The notes beneath the pieces are model-generated. The model was not told the origin of the DNA. It worked only from the letters and a program-made list of their open reading frames with translations, and searched no databases. The position numbers and the translations under genes are program-made. Of a DNA stretch of 64,000 nucleotides, positions 46,898-61,802 are shown one piece after another. The number at the start of each line of letters is the position of its first letter. Within the stretch, counting starts at the first letter, position 1. Location: assembly GCF_006345805.1 (NCBI RefSeq), contig NC_043000.1:72788001-72852000 (forward strand), in the 5' to 3' direction. The stretch comes from Octopus sinensis. Its lineage: Eukaryota.

Positions 46898-47140
46898 GGT
46901 TAGATAAGACTTCCTCCCAGTCGATCATTTTGATCGGGTGAGGCTTAGTTTTTTTGGATGAGCGAAGACTAAGCTTAACGGTAGCTGATACAATTCTGTG
47001 GTCAGAGCCGACAGAACCAAAGGAAGAGTAGGATCTCGAGTCCTTAACACTATTGCGCCATTTCTTTCGAAAGATGAGGTAGTCAATTTGTGCCCTATCA
47101 CCAAGTGGGGACTCAAATGTCCAAAGTTGACCTTTTGGCC
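46898..47140 (-). mobile_element. LINE AP-endonuclease fragment
   Basis: LWTFESPLGDRAQIDYLIFRKKWRNSVKDSRSY...SDHRIVSATVKLSLR. Confidence 0.8.
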
Positions 47141-47222
47141 AAGTTTGGCCATGGGCTCTTAGGAGATTTGTTTTGCTCCGCCTCTGTTCTGTTTTTGTTT
47201 TTTCCAACGGATTTCCTATTTC

Positions 47223-47302
47223 TTCCTGAAGAGAAAGACACAATATGGTCTCCTTATTCAATCAGAATTTGGTAAATTGTGCCTTTCGAAACACGTGTAG
47301 AA
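47223..47302 (+). ncRNA. minimal type-I hammerhead ribozyme with intact core
   Basis: TTC-CTGAAGA-GAAAG.CACAAT...ATTGTG.CTTTC-GAAA-CACGTGT-A-GAA. Predicted GUA cleavage after 47299. Confidence 0.7.
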
Positions 47303-47360
47303 TGCAATAAAACGATTTCTGTTCAATCTTCGTTCAACTCCATTTCTTCAATTCACTAAT

Positions 47361-47391
<31 letters not shown>

Positions 47392-47434
47392 CACTCACAC
47401 ACATACATATGATGTCTTTGGCTTTTATTTCTAG

Positions 47435-47595
47435 AATTCCTTGGGTGCAGAAAATAATTGTCTGTGTTGCAAAAGAATATGTGGAGAGCTTTGAAGATTT
47501 AATTTGCCAGTATCATTTAGATAAAGTGGAAGTGACCGTTGCAGGCTTTTCTAGACATCAGTCAATTTTTAATGGCATTAAAAAAGTTTCTTTAG
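47435..47595 (+). CDS. CRPPA: D-ribitol-5-phosphate cytidylyltransferase (ISPD), exon 2
   Basis: Acceptor ttttatttctAG, donor G|GTAAG; phase matches exon 1 (AG+A=Arg). IPWVQKIIVCVAKE...AGFSRHQSIFNGIKKVSL matches the IspD RHxSIxNGL motif. Exon 3 (HDAVRP) was not found in the window. Confidence 0.93.
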
Positions 47596-48478
47596 GTAAG
47601 CTATGATTTATTTTTTCTAATTTAACTGCTTATTTATTTGCACCACTGACAAGTTTATGCTCTTCTACTTCAATGGGGTTAAGCTCTGATAACTTTCCAT
47701 AGTATTGTGCTGTTGTTAATTCATTTCAGATTATCGCTTCTTTTGTGAATGGAAAGCTCTACCAAGTGTCCAGCAAAATGTATTTATAAGACAATCCCTA
47801 ATAAACTAAGTTGTATCTCAGTTGTAGTGCCAATGCATCTTTCTTCACTTTTGGAATTTCTGGAAGTTGTCCATAGGACCTAGATTGAAAGTATTCCTGA
47901 ACAGAACAACCAGTTGATATTCATCTTCAGAGTTTCTATGTGAACATTAATCCTCTGTAGAATGCCATGGAAGAACTTGCATTGACTGCATTGCCTGATA
48001 AGTAGAGGCCTGTGACCAGCTGATGACACTCTACATAATGTCAAGACAAAGAGATGGTAACACACACACACACATACACATTTATTTTACTTACAAATAT
48101 AGCTTTTAAGCTTTAATTTTAATTTTTTGGCTTACTGCTATTATAATGGTTTTAATTCTTTGCATTTTCGTATTCTTGGTATATTCTATTTTTCACTCAC
48201 TTTTGCAAAAAATTTTGAAATTCAACTGTTGTTTGTATTTATTTTCCCACTGTGGTCAATCCCCACTTGCATCCAGTTAATATTTTTTTTTAATTAGTTA
48301 CCCAGTCAAATTTAAATGCCTATTTGTTGAACTGTTAACCATAAATAATTCTATATGTACTCACAATTTATAAAATTTCATTGCCAGCCATTATCTCAAT
48401 TGTCTTATGAACAGCCACATGAAACTCTGAGTAATAGTTTGTGAATTTTATTTCAGCTTTAATAAGATATGATATATA

Positions 48479-48499
<21 letters not shown>

Positions 48500-48511
<12 letters not shown>

Positions 48512-51470
48512 GTTGATTAAATATATCCTTTGGAAACAAGGTGTACTGGATGTCAATTAAGTGCTCTAATATGGAATAAGTCTAAAATCTTAAAAGATAT
48601 TTAGAGATTCATGAGAGTGATTATATATTAGGGAGTAAAATAGTGGAATAGTTATATCTTAAAAATCATAATAAAGGTAAGTATATGATATTAGAAATAT
48701 TGTATTAAATAAAGTAGAGCTATGATTATTAAAAAGTTTTAAAACATTTAAAAGTTCTTACAATCGTTTCGTGAATATACTTCCTCTTAAAATGAAATCT
48801 GAAGTTGATAAGCATCATTGGGAAGTATATCCACTCAGAGAATCGAGTTGAAAGGATGAATTTTGGTGGAGGAAATTGAATGAAGAAAATGCTGTTTAAA
48901 TCAAATTAGGAAAATGTTGTTTGAAAAATTATTGGTATTCATATATTTGTGTTGGTATAAATTTGAGCTAAAACTCTAAAAAAGTAGAATAAATCTGTAG
49001 TAAAAATCCGTGATGGATGTGTAAAGATAGAATTCCTATGATCCATTCCTTCTTCCGTGTGTAATCAATAAATGCAAGAGAATAAAAGTGATTATTTGTT
49101 GCTTTTATTATTATTGAGATAAAACCAGAAGATACCATTATTAATATATATTTTATGCAAATGTAGATATAGTTGTGTATTGACTTGATATAGAGTGAAT
49201 TAATGTATTATATTTAAAGTGAATTAGTTATATATCAAAAGAGTACGGGTTCAAGTTTCAAGAGGATAAATTCTAAGTATTTATTTAATGGATAATCTGT
49301 ATCTTTTGAATATATTTGTTTGATTTAAAATAATTTAATTTTAAGTTGTTTTTTTTTTACTTAGAATAATCTTGGTATTTTATTATGATAATGAAATATG
49401 AAATACAAAATTCTAATGCAAAGCTTTTCTTAATGATCTCTTATATTTAATTAACTATATATATCGAGCTCTCTCTATATAAAGAGCATTTAATACTGGA
49501 TTCATGGATAAACAATATACTTATTCTTTCAAAAGACACATTTTTATTACTGTTACTTCAGAAGACTAATGATTTAATAAAAGCAATGAGATGACAGGCT
49601 TTCTTCTACAATAACAAACCTACTTTAAAAGAACAATATAATAGTAATTACAGTCTCAAATCTTAAAGAAATCCACCACACAACCCATTATTGAATGAAT
49701 TTGAAAATGCAGTATTAGAAATAGTTAAATCTATTAGATTCTCGAAGTCTACTTTCAAATACCAACAAAATTTATCAAAAATAGTTAACCAAATTATTAA
49801 ATCACCTAAAGTACATGTCTTTTCTGATAAGACTGGAAATATATACTCCATTACCCCAAAACAATACCAAAACTTTATCCAAAAAAACTATGAAAATCAT
49901 ATAACATTACAAACACGTCCAACTTAGAGTTACATTGTAAAATTATGCACAAACTGGAAGTTGAAGATCATACTGAAATATATACTCCGAATACACCACG
50001 CTTCAATGTAAAAGACCATAAGTCTGATTTTAATATCAACCCTACTATAAGAGTAATTTGTCCAACCAAGTCAGATCTCGGAAGAATCAGTAAAGATATG
50101 TTAGTATTATACCTACTGCAAAGAAAAAACTCAATTATAACCTTTGGTTTAGCACAGGATAAGTTATAACTTGGTTTCATTTACTACCAAATAAGGCTGA
50201 TTCTTCCGTCTTGCAATTTGATATTAACAATTATTATGCCTCTTTACCACCGATCATATTAAGCAAAGCTATAATTTTAGCTAGAAGTCTCTAATATTAC
50301 ACCACTTGAAATTGATTTAATATTATTAGCTAGAAAAACACTTATTAAATTTAGCAATAAATTATGGTGCAGAGCTACAAATAATAATTTATTTCATATC
50401 ACCATGGGATCTTCTGATTCTGCACAAGTTACAGATTTGGTAGGCTTATATCTATTGCATAAGACTAGACAATATTTCCTTCTCTCAAAGGAAGATTATA
50501 TAAAGATGATACTCTCCTGATATATAATGGATACTCCAAAAGAAAAATAGGAAAAATAAGAGAACTTTATAATTTCTTTTAAAATGTTGGTTTATCTATT
50601 TCCTTTGAAGAAAGCTATTGTAAAGCAAATTTTTTGGATGTAACTCTAGACTTCAATACCTTAACTTATTCTCCTTTCCACAACCCTAATGAATACTTCA
50701 AATATATAAACATTCATTCGCACCATCATAAATCATTACTAAAGAGCATTGTATATGGTATATCCATTAAAATTTCAGATATTTCCAATAATGAAGAAAT
50801 ATTCAATAACCATGCAAACTATTATGATCAAGCTTTAGTTGCAAGTGGATCTAAGTAACATATTATATATATAAAAGATACAGAACTTAAGAATTATATA
50901 CCAAAAATTAAATTAAAACATACAAATAACTTTATTTCTAACAATAATACTCAAAAAATAAAAAAATGATCAAACTTCTGTAAGCATGACAAAAAAAACC
51001 TAGTAAATGCTATAGTAGACATAGAACTGAATATAAGAATAATAACAAAAAATATTCAGGAAATACCATGCAATTTCCAAAATTAGTTTATAACTATAAT
51101 AAATTACTTAGTATGCGTGGAAATTGGGAAATTATTTGGTACACACCCCCATTTTCAATAAATGTTAAAGGACTCATAACAAAATTTCTTGACATCGTAA
51201 AAAATAGTTTTCCTAATAATCATATCTACATATATTTAATAGATCAAATATTAAAATTTCTTTTTCCATATTGCCAAACATAGGATCAATTATCGCCAGC
51301 TCTAATAAATGAAAGCTTAATGAATATAAATATACTTTAGAAAATAATACTAACAACAGTAATACTAGTAATGAAATACACAATAGTCCTAGAACACTAA
51401 ATAATACTCAGTATAATACTAGTTCAAGAGGTACATTACGGGAATACACAGCAATACTATAACATTAACC
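48500..51470. mobile_element. heavily decayed AT-rich Penelope-like element(s)
   Basis: Plus strand: AMR*QAFFY, IRVICPTKSDLGRISK, MGSSDSAQVTDLVGLY, FLDVTLD, IWYTPPFSINV. Inverted minus-strand piece at 48500-49400. Confidence 0.8.
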
Positions 51471-51489
51471 GAATCTCAACAAAATTCCA

Positions 51490-51845
51490 ATACTTATCAT
51501 CATCATTTATGTCTGCTTTCCTTGCTGGCATGGGTTGGATAGTTTGACTGAGAGCTGGCAAGCCAGAATCTGATCTGGCAAAGTTTCTACAGCTGGATGC
51601 CTTTTCTAACACCAACCACTCAGCCAGTCAGCTGGCTCTGGCAACTACCCCACCGAATGTTGCTTTTTATGTGTCACCAGCACAGGACCAGTCAGCCGGC
51701 ACTGTTATAGACTACGCTCAAATGTTACTTTTTATGTGCCACCAGCACAGGAGCCACTCGAGCAGCACTGGCAACAATTGTGCTCGCATGGTGTTTTTTA
51801 TGTGCCTCTGGCGTGGGCCTAGTCACGCAGCTCTAGCATCAAGCA
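51490..51845 (-). mobile_element. RTE 3'-tail-derived short element
   Basis: Reverse-complement RTE 3' UTR modules. Confidence 0.75.
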
Positions 51846-51849
51846 CACT

Positions 51850-52290
51850 CAAATGTAATATGTATATATGTAATATATATGTATATATGTAATATATATG
51901 TATATATGTAATATATATATATGTGTGTAATATATGTATATATGCAATATATATATGTGATATATGTATATATACAATATATATATATATGTATATATAC
52001 AATATATATATATATGTATATATGCAATATATATATATGTAATATATGTATATATGCAATATATATATATGTAATATATGTATATATGCAATATATATAT
52101 ATATATATGTAATATATGTATATATGCAATATATATATATATGTAATATATGTATATATGTATATATGCAATATATATATATATGTAATATATATATATG
52201 TATATATATATGTATATGTAATATATATAAATATATATATGTCATATATGTATATATGTCGTATATATATATATATATATAAATTAGAAA
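51850..52290. repeat. compound microsatellite (tatatgcaat/tatatgtaat units)
   Basis: Direct reading. Confidence 0.95.
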
Positions 52291-52954
52291 AAAATCACCT
52301 TTTATCAATTCAAAATGAAATATTAAATTACACCATCTAGAAAATTACTTATAATAGAAAGATTAAATATAAGATAAAAATTATAACGATGATTAAGTAA
52401 TGTGCAAAATAATAAATACAACGTATATATTTGGTATAATAACGACAGACGTCGGTTATTTAATAAACATCCAAATAAAGTCTAATACCCATTAAGCAAT
52501 TAATACTTAAAACTTTAATGTTAATTAATATACACAATGCTAGTACAAGCTATGAATACTGGAATCAAAAATAGGAAATGGTTCAAATATACACACACCC
52601 ATTATATAAACTAACTATATAGTTAATATATATGTAGTATCTATAGATTTAATATATCACTCAATAGTATAGTTGACCAAAATAACAATTAATATAAAAA
52701 CTAATATACTTAAATGTAATACTACTTGATAAATATACAACCTAATTATTAAATAATGTATTGTCTAACAAAATTAATTCTCAAATTAAATTATATGTAA
52801 TACGTTAAAACAAATCTTATTAAAGAGATTTTAAATATAATTGAATTATTCAGTAGGGATAATAAAAAAATATTAGAACATTTTTTCTAATGATAATTTT
52901 GGAGTTGAGTATTCAACTACTAATAATGTTGGTAATATTATTTCTTCATTTCGT

Positions 52955-53455
52955 ATATGGTGGGTGCTAGTGAGGCGGGTGGTGTTGGAGAGGTAAGGGC
53001 AAGTGCGGCAACGTGGGCGGGAGCAGGGGAACGAGCCGGGTTGCGAGGTAGGGTCAGGGAAGGAGCTATGGACCAAAAGGTCTCGAAGGTTGTGGGCTCG
53101 TTTGAAAGAGGGGAGGGGTCGGTTAGGGAAGAGGTGTGAAGTGGACAGGTCGGACTGGAGATGACGGAAAGCTCGAAGAATGGTGCGTTGGAGACGTAGG
53201 GTCGTGGGGTGGTAAGTGAGGGGAAAAGGGAGGCGGGAGACTACAGGGCGGGTTCGGGGAGAGAGAGCAGATACACGGTCCACGGACCGTGCTCTGGCAA
53301 GGGCGGTGTGGATAGTGGTGAGTGGGTATCCACGTAGGGTGAAGTGGTGAGCCATACGTTGAGACTGAGTCTCAAAGTCATAATCGTCACTACAGAGTCT
53401 ACGTAGACGGAGGAATTGGGAATAGGGGATGGAAAGCTTGTGTGTTCTGGGTGGG
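52955..53455 (-). mobile_element. 500-bp fragment of the same C/T-rich PLE as 39911-44125
   Basis: Near-identical to 42365-42865. Confidence 0.95.
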
Positions 53456-56020
<2,565 letters not shown>

Positions 56021-56023
<3 letters not shown>

Positions 56024-58190
56024 TCAAAATGTCTTGTTGGTAGTCGGCTATAGCCTAGTCACCCATATAGTTAATCAGGTGATACACAAGGGGTCATACC
56101 CAATGACTGGTGTAGCAGTATAATAGTCAACTGCTACAAAGGTAAAGGTGATGCCCTAGATACAAAAACTACAGGAGGTATCAAGCTGTTGGACCAGGTG
56201 ATGAAGGTTACGGAGAGGGTCATAGCCCAACTAATTAGAGAGAGAGTTAGTTTAGATGAGATGCAGTTTGGGTGTTGTGCCAGGGAAAAGTACTACTGAT
56301 GCTATATTCCTGGTAAGGCAGCTGCAGGAGAAATACTAGCCAAAGATAAGCCCCTGTACCTGGCTTTGTTGACATGGAGAAAGCCTCGACAGGGTCCCCC
56401 GATCCCTTATCTGGTGGGCATGAGAAAACTAGGGATAGATGAATGGTTAGTGAGAGCTGTGCGGGCCATGTATAGGGACGCCGCTAGTAGGGTGAGGTTG
56501 AAATGAGTACAGTGAAGAATTCCGGGTAGAGGTAGGGGTCACCAAGGCTCAGTACTCAGCCCCATCCTATTTATCATAGTCCTCCAGGCAATAACGGGGA
56601 ATTCAAGACAGGATGCCCTTGGGGCTCCTCTATGCTGATGACCTTGCTCTAATTGCTGAGTCGCTATCAGAACTGGAGGAGAAGTTTCAGGTGTGGAAAC
56701 AAGGATTAGAATCGGGCCTCAGAGTCAATCTAGCTAAAACCAAAGTCGTAATCAGTAGGAAGGTAGACAAATCACAAACACCTTCAGGTAGATGGCCCTG
56801 CTCGATCTGTAGAAAAAGTTGTAGGTAGAACTCTATAAGATGCACCAAGTGTAGCTATGGACACATAAGAGATGCAGCAATGTCAAAGGAAGGCTAACTA
56901 GGAAGATGGTTTTTTGTATGTGGCAGATGCTCAGGAAAAATAAACACTGAAAATGCTCTGAGACCAACTTCCGTCACTTTCCAGGGAGAAAAACTAGAAA
57001 TAGTGATAGTTTCCGTACCTAGGTGACCAAGTCAGCAGCGGGGGTGGGTGTGCTGAAAGTGTAACTGCTAGAGTAAGAATAGCTTGGGCAAAGTTCAGAG
57101 AGCTCTTACCTCTGCTGGTGACAAAAGGCCTCTCGCACAGAGTGAAGGCAGACTGTATGATGCGGTGTACGAACAGCCATGCTACATGGCAGTGAAACAT
57201 GGGCCGTGACTGCTGAGGATATGCGTAAGCTCGCTAGAAATGAAGCCAGTATGCTCCGATGGATGTGTAATGCCGGTACTCACACTCGGCAGAGTGTAAG
57301 TACCTTGAGAGAAAAGCTGGACCTAAGAAGCATCAGTTGTGGTGTGCAAGAGAGACGTTTGCGCTGGTATGGTCATGTGGCGAGAATGGATGAAGATAGT
57401 TGTGTGAAAAGTGCCACACCCTAGCGGTTGAGGGAACCTGTGGAAGAGGCAGACCCAGGAAAACCTGGGACGAGGTGGTGAAGCACGACCTTCGAACTTT
57501 AGGTCTCACTGAGGAAATGACTAGAGACCGAGACCTCTGGAAGTGTGCTGTGCGTGAGAAGACCCGGCAGGACAAGTGAGTCCACAACCCGTGGCCTTCT
57601 ACATGGGATGGAGCCAGCCTACGTATGCATACCTTCCCTTCTTGGGACACAAAACTCTACTTGTGAAGACGTGTGTGAGGCAAGTGAGGATCAGAATCGA
57701 AATCGATCAATGAAATTGCGGATGTGCTACCAGTGCCGGTGGCATGTCGAAACTCTGCTTGTGAAGACCCATTGAGGCAAGTGAAGTGAGGATCAGAATC
57801 GAAATCGATCAATGGAAATCGATCAATGGAAATTGCAGATGTGTTACCAGTGCCGGTGGCATGTAAGAGAACTTTCCGTTTCGCGACCGTTGCCAGCACC
57901 GCCCGTTGGCGTGTCCGTTGCCAGCCTCGCCTGGCCCTCGTGCCGGTGGCACATAAAAAGCACCATCCGTTCGTGGCCGTTTGCCAGCTCTGTCTGGCAC
58001 CAGTGCGGGTAGCACGTAAAAGCACCACTACACTCACGGAGTGGTTGGCGTTAGGAAGGGCATCCAGCCGTAGAACACTGCCAGATTGACTGGGCCTGAT
58101 GAAGCCTTCTTGGCTTCACAGACCCCAGAGAACCGTCCAACCCATGCTAGCATGGAAAACGGACGCTAAATGATGATGATGATGATGATG
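56021..58190 (+). mobile_element. 5'-truncated RTE LINE, near-identical to 23583-25505 but riddled with 1-nt indels
   Basis: Colinear including the same 3' UTR internal duplication; most differences are single-base deletions. Confidence 0.95.
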
Positions 58191-58216
58191 ATCTATATAT
58201 AAATATGTTATAGATA

Positions 58217-58254
<38 letters not shown>

Positions 58255-58279
58255 TATATATAAATATGTATATATATAT

Positions 58280-58312
<33 letters not shown>

Positions 58313-58607
58313 AATATGTATATATATATATATAAATATGTATATAGATATATAATATATATAGATAAATATGTATATATATAGATATATATATATAAAT
58401 ATGTATATATATATATATATATATAATATGTATATATATATATATATATATATAAATATGTATATATATATATTATAAATATGTATATAAATATGTATAT
58501 ATATATATATATAAATATGTATATAAATATGTATATATATATGTATATAATATAAATATGATAGTATATATATATAAAATATGTATATAAATATGTATAT
58601 ATATATG

Positions 58608-58643
<36 letters not shown>

Positions 58644-58778
58644 TGATAAAGTATATCTATATATTAAATAGTAGATATATATATATATATATAATGGTAT
58701 ATAATCGAATATATTATAAAATATGTATATAGATATATATATATATATGATGGTATATTATCTATATATATAAATATG

Positions 58779-58812
<34 letters not shown>

Positions 58813-58950
58813 GATATAGATATATATATAAATATGTATATATATATATATAATATATAAATATGTATATATATATATATATATATGGATATATATATAT
58901 ATAATAGAACTATGTATATATATATATATATATAGTAATATATAAATATG

Positions 58951-58984
<34 letters not shown>

Positions 58985-58995
58985 AATATGTATAT

Positions 58996-59038
<43 letters not shown>

Positions 59039-59701
59039 TAAATATGTAGTATATATATGTGTATATAAATATGTATATATATGTATATATATATATATAT
59101 AAATATGTATATATATATATATATATATATGTATATAAATATGTATATATATGTAGATATATATATATATAAATATGTATATATATATATATATAAATAT
59201 GTATATATATATATAGATAAATATGTATATATATAAATATGTATATTATATATATATTAATATGTATATAATATAGATAAATATGTATATAGATATATAA
59301 TATATATATATATATATATAATATATATATAAATATGTATATATATATATATAGATATAGATATATATAAATAGAATAGATATATATTATATATATATAT
59401 ATAAATATGTATATATATATATATAATATATATATATAAATATGTATAGATATATATATATATATAAAAGTATGTATATAGATATATATATATATATATA
59501 TATAAATATGTATATATATATATATATATAAATATGTATATATATATAATATAATATGTATATATATATATATTATCTATAGATATATATAAATATGAGT
59601 ATATATATATATATATATATAAGATATAATATATATATATATATAGAATAAATATGTATATAGATATATATATATAGATATATAAATAGGTAGATATATA
59701 T

Positions 59702-59752
<51 letters not shown>

Positions 59753-59776
59753 TATATATATATATATATATATAAA

Positions 59777-59807
<31 letters not shown>

Positions 59808-60354
59808 AGATATAAATATGTATATATATATATATAATATGATATATGATATATATAATATAAATATATATTATATAATATATATATATATATATAAATA
59901 TGTATAATATATATATGATATATATAAATATGTATATATATATATATATATATAAATATGTATATATATATATATAAATATGTATATATATATAGATAAA
60001 TATGTATATATATATATATTATATAAATATGTATATATATATATATATAAATATGTATATATAATAATATATATATAAATATGTATATATATATATATAT
60101 AATATGTATATATATATATATATAAATATGTATATATATATATATATATAATATTTTATATAATATATATATAAATATGTATATATATATATATATATAT
60201 AAGTATGTAATATGATATAATATATAATATATAATATGTATAAATATGTATATATATATATATATAAATATGTATATATATATATATTATATAAATATGT
60301 ATATATATATAAATATGTATATATATATATATATAGATGTATAAATATGTATAT

Positions 60355-60391
<37 letters not shown>

Positions 60392-60404
60392 AATATTATA
60401 TATA

Positions 60405-60439
<35 letters not shown>

Positions 60440-60688
60440 TGTATATATATATGTATAAATATGTATTATATATATAATTAAATATGTATATATAGATGTA
60501 TAAAATGTATTATATATATGTATAAATATGTATATATAATATATATATAAAATATGTATATATATATATATATAAATATGTATATGTATATATTATATAT
60601 GTATTATATTATATGTTATATATTATATATATATATATATAATATGTATTATGTATATATATATATGTATATGTATAATATATATATG

Positions 60689-60744
<56 letters not shown>

Positions 60745-60961
60745 AAATATGTATAATAGTCTATATATATATATAAATATGTATATATGTATATATATAT
60801 ATAAATATGTATATATGTATATATATATAAATATGTATATATGTATATGTATGAATATGATATATATATATATATGAATATGTATATATATATATTATGA
60901 AATGTATATTATATATATATATATGAATATGTATATATATATATATAATATGTATATATAT

Positions 60962-61006
<45 letters not shown>

Positions 61007-61184
61007 TATATATATATAGATATATATATATAATTATATATATATAAATATGTATATATAAATATGTATGTATATATATATATATATATATATATAAATA
61101 TGTATATATAAATATGTATATGATATATATATAGATATATATATAAATATGTATATATAATATATATATAATATGTATATATAA

Positions 61185-61227
<43 letters not shown>

Positions 61228-61763
61228 AAATGTATATATATATATATATAAATATGTATATATATATATAAATATGTATATATATATATATAAATATGTA
61301 TACATATATATATAAATATGTATATATATATATAAATATGTATATATATATATAAATATGGATATATATATATATAAATATGTATACGTATATATATAAA
61401 TATGTATATGTATATATATATATATAAATATGTAATATATATATATAAATATGTATACATATATATATAAATATGTATATGTATATATATATATATAAAA
61501 TGTATACATATATATATAAATATGTATATGTATATATTATAATATATATAAATATGTATACATATATATATAAAATGTATATGTATATATATATATAATA
61601 TATATATAAATATGTATATATAAATAAATATATATATATATGTATATATAAGTATGTATAAGTATGAATATGAATATGTATATATAAAGTGTTATATATA
61701 TATATATATATATAAATATGTATATATATATATATAAATATGTATATATATATATATATAATT

Positions 61764-61800
<37 letters not shown>
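58191..61800. repeat. ~3.6-kb TATAAATATG(TA)n microsatellite array
   Basis: Direct reading. Confidence 0.95.

Positions 61801-61802
<2 letters not shown>

Noticed and set aside
46848-47261. 137-aa ORF as a gene
   Set aside because: A chimera of a LINE endonuclease fragment and the antisense of a hammerhead-bearing repeat.
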